A DNA stretch of 64,000 bases, taken from positions 1 to 64,000 of the IMG/VR virus record IMGVR_UViG_3300032285_001029. One strand, given 5' to 3'. Below are positions 58,201 through 64,000 of the stretch, piece after piece. The position numbers and the translations under genes are program-made. The DNA is from a virus. The notes under the pieces were generated by a model. It was not told the DNA's origin, searched no databases, and worked only from the letters and a program-made list of their open reading frames with translations. Position 1 is the stretch's first letter. Every line of letters begins with the position of its first letter.

Positions 58201-61200
58201 TACAGTGGTTGCTACATAGAATGGCATAGTTACATACAATGTTGCAGTGCTTGCTACTGTCACTGTACTTGGGCTACCTTGTGTTGTTGCTGTAATTGTT
58301 AATGTAGTAAATGATTCTTTATAAACTGTAGCTACTTTACTACCGTTGCTATATGTTAGTATTGCAGCAGTCTGTCCTACACCTGTACCAGCTGTAATGT
58401 TGATTCGCATGCCAACATAAGCTGTACTTAATGATGTATCTGCAGCACTAACTGTAATACTCACTCTGTCACCAGTCTGTGCTGTACTCGCAGCGGTAAC
58501 ATAACTTGTACCGCCTACGCTAGTTGTAGTAGCATCACCGTTGTCAGTAAGTCTTGTTTCAAACACTGCATTATCACGGAATTCATCGCCGATGGCCGCG
58601 GCATTGTAGCCCGTGCCACTGATAGTATATGCAGCGTTGGAGTAATTAGTACCTGCATTTTGATACTCAAGTCTTAATACTTTATTAGAGCCATCTGTGA
58701 ATACGTTGGTTATGTATGCCTGACTTGCATGATTATTTAATGTTGCATAGATCGGTGTTTCTGTACTATCAACACCTTCGGCGATAACACCATATGTACC
58801 ATATGAGCTATTACCATTAGTAGCACGAATACGTCCACCTAATTCTGCTAGATATCCTGCGTAATTATAGTACGAGAATACAGAAACAGCTTCTACTAAT
58901 GAGTTGTGACCAGTACACCATATACCGATACCATCACTGATAATTGTTGTATAGTCATTAGATACGATACTTCTGTTTCCACCGGCGTGTAATGCACCGT
59001 CTATCTTTTGTCCTATACAACCTGTTCCAAATACAGAAAGATTTTGAGCATAAGGACTTCTTGCGTAAATCCATGCATTGCTATCGTTTGGTCCAAATCC
59101 TGGATCTAAGCTTGCGTAAGCACCAGCTGTTGGACGCTTTGTACCATAACTGTTTGCAGCACTCAATGATCCTGTTAATCCACTTAAGGTCATATTTCTT
59201 AAACCAGTAGCATTTCTTAACAAGAACATGTTGCTTAACAATGATCCGTTTATATCGTTTAAATATAAATCTGCAGTACGTAGACTTCTATAGTTACCTG
59301 GATACTGCATGTCGTAAACAATAGCATCGACCCAGTCTCGTATGTACTGTCGACAGGTTGTTCCACTAAATGAATAACGTACAGTTAGACTTGGACTTGA
59401 AACATTAGATGTAATTGTTACAGCAGTCGTTGATCCTTGCGTTGCAGTTACTGAAAATGCTGTACTTGCTAAATTTGCTGCTAACACGTAGTAAGTTGTA
59501 CCTGTTGTAATACCGCCAGCACTAGTACCTGTGAATACTACAGGATCGCCTGCAACAAAATTATGTGCAGAACTAGTGTTAATTAAATTATTTGTTATCG
59601 CTAAACTACTAACAGTACCACCATAACTTTGAGTGATATAAGCAGATGCTTCATATGCTAAAAATTCTTTATTAGCACGAATAATTTCGGCACCTTTAGT
59701 TGTACTTAATGATGTTGAATAAGTTAATGTACCTGCATACTGAACATTTTGTCCAGATATAAATTGTGTACCGTTAGCATAATAAATGATGTCGTCAATA
59801 ATTGAACTAGCTCTAGCTACTGCTCCTACACCTGCAATTGGTTTGATCTTATTCAATAAGAAATTAATCATACCTAATTCAGCAGTTTTTTGACTTGAAA
59901 TTACAGTCTGTGCAGAAGTATTAGTAAATCCTACAGAGTATGCATAGTATCTTCTTGCTGCGATTGCACTGGCAGCATTACTGCTATAGGTCAAATCGTT
60001 TGCAATTGCAGTTGCAATATATCCAACGTCTCTGCTACAGGTAGCGGAGTTAAATGACAAACTTGGATAATATTTTTGAACCCAAACAACACCATCGGAC
60101 TGAATTTCTGACAAACGTTCTACTACTGCAGCGTATGCCGTATTAAGTAATGTAGTTGCTCCAGCAGAATAAAATGCAACTGCTGTATCGGCTGTACCGT
60201 TGTTAATCCAGTTGACAACATTCGTAACACGATCTTGTGCAAAACTTGCTGCGTTTGCACTACCAGCTGTACCGCCTGTTACTTGTGTATATGTAACCTG
60301 TCCTGCAGGTGCTGACACAGAGCCTTTTGTAATAACAGTGCTAATTTCGGATTTTAATTCATTGTACATTGCAGCCATTGCTGTTTTACACTGCGCTGCA
60401 GTTTGACTTGTGACTTGAATTGTGAATACTGTATAAGAATAATATTCACTACCTGCAATGTTACTTTGGCTGTTACCACCGTAAATCATGTCATAAACAA
60501 TACCGTCTAAAACACGACCAACCATTGCTTTTACATTAGTTGATGTCAATGCTGTTCTAATAGTGCTGTAGTTATTTGATAGATACTGATCACAGTTAGC
60601 TTGTAAGAAATTATAGTTTTGTATAACTTGTTGTGCGCCATATCCATAGCCAGTTGATACACCAGTAGCATTACCAGTAGTTGTGTAAGCAGTGTTTGTT
60701 ACACTAGATGTGTTATAACCAACAGGCCAAGGCATTACTAAACTTGGAACTGAACCAAGTCCACTGTTAACAATGTTGTACATTACTGTTGAATTATTAA
60801 CAGTACTAGCAACTGCGCTGTAGCCATAAGTTACAGTTAGTGTACCGCCAGTTTGACTCGTTAACGTTACTGCTGTACTAGCATCAGCAACTGGTGTTGC
60901 TGTCGTAATGCTAAATGTTCCGCTACTTATTATAGTTTTAACATAGTAAGTAGTTCCCATAGTTATACCAGCACCCGTTGCCATTGTGCCAGTGCCAGAA
61001 AATACTACAGGCATACCAACAGTCAATGCTGAAGTGTCTGCAACTGTAATATATCCAGGGGATCCTGCTGTTACTGCAGATGCACTAAAACTTGGTGATG
61101 CATAACTTCCAGTATCACCTGCTGCTAGTGTTTTAATCTGTGTTTGCGTATTACCGGTTGTTGGAGTAACTGTTGAGTTACTAATTAAATTAGTTAATAC

Positions 61201-63999
61201 AGATTGAATGCGTGTTAACGAGGCCACAGTCTTTGCTTTATCATTAACTAATGCACTGTTTGCTGTTTTTGGTCGAACAACTGTGCTACGTAATTCGTCA
61301 CCAATAACTGCTGTATATGCTGGAACAACCACAGGAAGAACTTCATCATAAGTTCCAGTTTTAACAAATACCGATGTATTCGGTGTAGTTGCCGTAGGAA
61401 TTGCAGCCGTAGAACCTTTACTTAGCCCTGTTGTTACAATTGAGACTAACGATTGTGCTAATGTAGTTGATCCAGTTTCTGCTGTATAACTTGTATTAAT
61501 CTGTTGATATGCTGTATTACCTGCACTAACACCATTTAATGATTGATAATTTACTGGTGCAGTATTTGCAAGCACGTTACCAATAATTATTGATAGATAA
61601 TTTAATGCACCAATAAATTGTGTAACTTGATAACCAACATTGGTATTAACATACGTAGTTCCAGTTGAATCAAAATAAGCGATTGCTGCAGTTACAGTTT
61701 TATAGTTACCATTGTGTCCAATGTCCCAAATTACTGCATCAAGTACTAGTCCTGCATCTCTGGCTATTTCGTTACTTAATGATGTATAGAATGATACTGT
61801 TGCAGTACCAGTGCCGCCGGCTGTTACTGCTGACCCACCATAACTAGCTGCTACTGTAAAACTAGTATCTGGGGAAATTGTTTTTATATAATAAGTTACT
61901 GAATTACTAATAGGATTGCCATTGATTGTTAAACTACCAGTTTGTGAACTAAATCTTACTGGCATACCTACGTTAAGTCCTGCTGTGCTTGCTGTAGTAA
62001 ACGAACTACCACTAGTTCCTGTAACAGATGCTTTATATGTATACGTTACATAGTTATAAGTTTCCTGCATTAAAAACTGTTTATTAATTTTTAATAAAAA
62101 TTGTGCTTGAGGGTTTAAATAGCCATCTTCAACTTGTTTTAATGCATATTTTAATGTTGCCCATGGAACATCAATCGTTGCTCCATTAGTTGGATAAGGG
62201 CTATCTGTTCCGGTAGGGCCTACGAATACTACATCATTAATAAATCCATAATTACCCCATACTGGATATCCGTTAGATACACGTAAAATTTGACCATTTG
62301 TGCCTACTGGAAGTCTTGTAGGACCAGTTGGACCATAATACACCATATCGCCTTGTGTAGTTAAAGTCGATGTCTCTGCTCCTGCTGACAGTAGATTCCA
62401 ATAGAATCCTACAGTGTCATTATCTGGACGATTTGCAGTGATAGATAAGTGTGCTCGTTGACTTATGTAACTGTTAACACCAAATGTTGCAATATCGCCT
62501 TGAACATAGTTTATGCCAGTTGACCAAGTTGCACTGATACCACTGTAAGTAAACAAATTAACAGCACTACCTGATACAGAAGAAACTGTAATAGTAATAT
62601 CATTTGCAGGACTTAGGCCACCGACGTCTGTACCAAGAATCTTGATAATATCATTAGCTGAATAGTTAGATCCATTACTAGTTTTTGTTAATGTATATGT
62701 AGTTCCTGATCTTAATACAGTAAACTGAACACCACTAGCAGCGACGTTGCCTACAGTAACATTAGTAGTAGATACACCTGTGTATGTTTGAGGACTATTG
62801 ACCCACTGCAAACCAGAATTTAATCTTGCCCACACAGTGCTCTTAGGAGGAGCATACTGTGCATAAGTTGCAATTGTTTGCCCGCTTAATGTTGATGAAA
62901 TATCTAATACAGATCCGCCTATTGTTGTGCTTATCTGTATTGTTCCGGATCCAGAAGATCCTGTGACAGCAGTAATATAATAATTAGTTGATCCAGCTAC
63001 ACCAGCAAAACTTGATGCAAATTGTATCATCATGTCTGCTGCTAGTCCTGATACTTCACTAACTGTAATAGTGTCTGCAGATGAATTAGTCGCTGTTGCA
63101 GTTATACTATAAGCAGTTGAGTCTAATATAGAAACATAAGTGTAACCGTGTAAATTAACTACTTTTCCTACGGTATAACTAGTCTGTATGCTCCATTCAC
63201 CTGAATATAACAATCCTTGTGTTAATACAGCCCATTTACTTGTGTCTGTAGGCAGATAGTTTAGATTGTTACTTTTAGCAATGTAAGTATTTCCACCGTA
63301 TGTAACAACATCGCCTTGAATATAGTTCGATGAATTATTCCATTGATTTGCGTATTCAATACCATTAGTGAATATAGCAAACTTGGCTGCATCTATTGTT
63401 GTGCCGGTAGATGTATGATATGTTGTACAAATCCATAAATTCGCACCGTATTTGACAACATCATTGAGTCTATATCTAACCGATGATCCACTCCAAGCCC
63501 CAGCATAATAGACACCAGCATTAAAAACTGTCCAACTTCCTATATCGGATTCTAAACCCGATGCAATTGTTGCAGCAGAAGTATGATAAGTTGAGCAATA
63601 GTAACTGATACCACCGTAGGTTACTATATCTCCTAGATGATAAATGGTGCTTGGTTGCCAATCTCCGGTGTTATAAAATCCTTCTACAAATGTATTCCAT
63701 TTATCTGAATCATCTTCTAGACCTAATGTAGTTGTTGTAGCCGAAGTATGAGCGGTATTACAATAATAAATTATACCGTCATTTTTGACTATATCACCAA
63801 AGTTATATAGTGTTGTAGGTGTCCAATCGCCCCGCCATTGAATACCATCCGAAATAATGCTCCATTTATTAAGATTGAAATCAGTAATGAACAATCCCGC
63901 AGCAACATGACTAATTCTACAAATATAAGTCTTGCCGCCATTAGTAACAACATCATCTACAAGATATTGATTACTTGCAGTCCAATTTCCTTGATATAC
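55276..63999 (-). CDS. Giant multidomain tail-fibre/virion protein (>2900 aa), 5'-truncated
   Basis: Frame stays open to the window edge (VYQGNWTASNQY...); CBM5/12-like W....Y..GD.V.YGG..Y repeats, split beta-helix motifs, W..V.FG.G.FVA propeller repeats, C-terminal RLTGHDFL.IGTG and VPTQKAIK.YI. Confidence 0.85.
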   Translation of the reverse strand, partial: VYQGNWTASNQYLVDDVVTNGGKTYICRISHVAAGLFITDFNLNKWSIISDGIQWRGDWTPTTLYNFGDIVKNDGIIYYCNTAHTSATTTTLGLEDDSDKWNTFVEGFYNTGDWQPSTIYHLGDIVTYGGISYYCSTYHTSAATIASGLESDIGSWTVFNAGVYYAGAWSGSSVRYRLNDVVKYGANLWICTTYHTSTGTTIDAAKFAIFTNGIEYANQWNNSSNYIQGDVVTYGGNTYIAKSNNLNYLPTDTSKWAVLTQGLLYSGEWSIQTSYTVGKVVNLHGYTYVSILDSTAYSITATATNSSADTITVSEVSGLAADMMIQFASSFAGVAGSTNYYITAVTGSSGSGTIQISTTIGGSVLDISSTLSGQTIATYAQYAPPKSTVWARLNSGLQWVNSPQTYTGVSTTNVTVGNVAASGVQFTVLRSGTTYTLTKTSNGSNYSANDIIKILGTDVGGLSPANDITITVSSVSGSAVNLFTYSGISATWSTGINYVQGDIATFGVNSYISQRAHLSITANRPDNDTVGFYWNLLSAGAETSTLTTQGDMVYYGPTGPTRLPVGTNGQILRVSNGYPVWGNYGFINDVVFVGPTGTDSPYPTNGATIDVPWATLKYALKQVEDGYLNPQAQFLLKINKQFLMQETYNYVTYTYKASVTGTSGSSFTTASTAGLNVGMPVRFSSQTGSLTINGNPISNSVTYYIKTISPDTSFTVAASYGGSAVTAGGTGTATVSFYTSLSNEIARDAGLVLDAVIWDIGHNGNYKTVTAAIAYFDSTGTTYVNTNVGYQVTQFIGALNYLSIIIGNVLANTAPVNYQSLNGVSAGNTAYQQINTSYTAETGSTTLAQSLVSIVTTGLSKGSTAAIPTATTPNTSVFVKTGTYDEVLPVVVPAYTAVIGDELRSTVVRPKTANSALVNDKAKTVASLTRIQSVLTNLISNSTVTPTTGNTQTQIKTLAAGDTGSYASPSFSASAVTAGSPGYITVADTSALTVGMPVVFSGTGTMATGAGITMGTTYYVKTIISSGTFSITTATPVADASTAVTLTSQTGGTLTVTYGYSAVASTVNNSTVMYNIVNSGLGSVPSLVMPWPVGYNTSSVTNTAYTTTGNATGVSTGYGYGAQQVIQNYNFLQANCDQYLSNNYSTIRTALTSTNVKAMVGRVLDGIVYDMIYGGNSQSNIAGSEYYSYTVFTIQVTSQTAAQCKTAMAAMYNELKSEISTVITKGSVSAPAGQVTYTQVTGGTAGSANAASFAQDRVTNVVNWINNGTADTAVAFYSAGATTLLNTAYAAVVERLSEIQSDGVVWVQKYYPSLSFNSATCSRDVGYIATAIANDLTYSSNAASAIAARRYYAYSVGFTNTSAQTVISSQKTAELGMINFLLNKIKPIAGVGAVARASSIIDDIIYYANGTQFISGQNVQYAGTLTYSTSLSTTKGAEIIRANKEFLAYEASAYITQSYGGTVSSLAITNNLINTSSAHNFVAGDPVVFTGTSAGGITTGTTYYVLAANLASTAFSVTATQGSTTAVTITSNVSSPSLTVRYSFSGTTCRQYIRDWVDAIVYDMQYPGNYRSLRTADLYLNDINGSLLSNMFLLRNATGLRNMTLSGLTGSLSAANSYGTKRPTAGAYASLDPGFGPNDSNAWIYARSPYAQNLSVFGTGCIGQKIDGALHAGGNRSIVSNDYTTIISDGIGIWCTGHNSLVEAVSVFSYYNYAGYLAELGGRIRATNGNSSYGTYGVIAEGVDSTETPIYATLNNHASQAYITNVFTDGSNKVLRLEYQNAGTNYSNAAYTISGTGYNAAAIGDEFRDNAVFETRLTDNGDATTTSVGGTSYVTAASTAQTGDRVSITVSAADTSLSTAYVGMRINITAGTGVGQTAAILTYSNGSKVATVYKESFTTLTITATTQGSPSTVTVASTATLYVTMPFYVATTVGGLTAGVVYYVQAIASATTFNVSATSGGAALTTAITTTTAQSVTFYAAGWDHVVPGTTISATLDLTTTYLIEPRITYTGPGFTSTALTVPSAAYTDVTFGAGAYVAINTSGTVTAYSTNGTSWGSAGAVTNTTWMGIQYGGGEGATATAVVGGLGGSGAVLTAVLGSGATAGQVVSVTVVNGGAGYTTSPSIAFTAVSGGSGATATAVVLNGAITQVTVTVGGSSYGVAPTVAARTDIITSITVNTYGKNYTTAPTVTVSGGGSSNQATATATLSNNGVASIAVGNNGGTGYTSQPTVTIVDTNAKFIAVPASGGAAASYQTLANLGSSWSTGSGNVPAGTYADITFGVQGGGPVWMAVGGAGTASITANGNTWTTTAITSLGAGTWSGVAFGNSIFVAVATGSQTTAVYTAGVWAAGGNMPTSTTWTSIAYGNGRFVALAASGAVAYSIDGAGATWTAAPSCSGATTSILSSSLTWTRVAYGQGLFIAIAQGTSTCATSPDGINWTLRTLSGSINWKGIVFGSISNYPMWASVANTSGTAATSIFTGATAQGRMKAASGAITEIRMIEPGSGYPYGSITATTTSTNVITTSSTRNLADSQPIEFTGLDSYGLITNTTYYVIGSTIVTNTSFKVSATAGSATAVSLSTGTGLTASYRAGPIITQTDPNKVKTASTRVRMGVGALANPTFSNRGTANTAAVASVSGDGYSDLYQPSTFISISGLYSQPTAGANVQFASIPNTWFKLVSVTNLLGSLGNYTATFQINPSLSVANAPAHGDTITTRLKYSQVRLTGHDFLYIGTGNQVTTNYPNVDTTTAITANQTYANVGGRVFFTSTDQDGNFNVGNLFGVQQATGTATLNASAFNLSGLQSLQLGSVSVGVASAVITQFSTDPYFTANSDNIVPTQKAIKSYITSQIGGGQSQLNVNTLTAGVIYVAGNTISTTSGGQIKVTAKMNFTGGIDGAPVAMGFFMQR

Positions 64000-64000
64000 A

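Noticed and set aside
1-64000. Stop-codon reassignment
   Set aside because: Core genes are full length in the standard code, and TAG and TGA end genes at sensible positions

Overview
A 64 kb segment of a large, AT-rich (roughly 35-40% GC) contractile-tailed dsDNA phage distantly related to T4-like and jumbo myoviruses; standard genetic code, mostly minus-strand genes. Left to right: (1) the 3' end of a gene whose DNA almost totally lacks GA/TC/GG/CC dinucleotides, ending at a boundary zone of terminators, palindromes, a sigma70 promoter and A-tracts; (2) accessory genes, including a T7 gp0.7-like kinase fused to a sigma70 region-1.1-like domain; (3) a tail-fibre/virion cluster; (4) a replication-recombination block (gp41-like helicase, primase, a 188-aa miniature DnaE catalytic core, UvsW, UvsY, UvsX, gp32); (5) packaging, head and tail genes (TerL, probable TerS, gp4, tube, ~1110-aa sheath, neck gp13/gp14, gp15) with dNMP kinase, HNH-like and NUDIX genes; (6) a receptor-binding region with a tandemly duplicated small-protein + LamG-repeat module and a giant (>2900 aa) fibre protein cut by the right edge. 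T4-like late promoters (TAAATA/TAAGTA) and sigma70 promoters are readable, many implying leaderless mRNAs. No rRNA, tRNA, CRISPR array, integrase or reverse transcriptase seen. All family calls come from motifs recognised by eye, not database searches.
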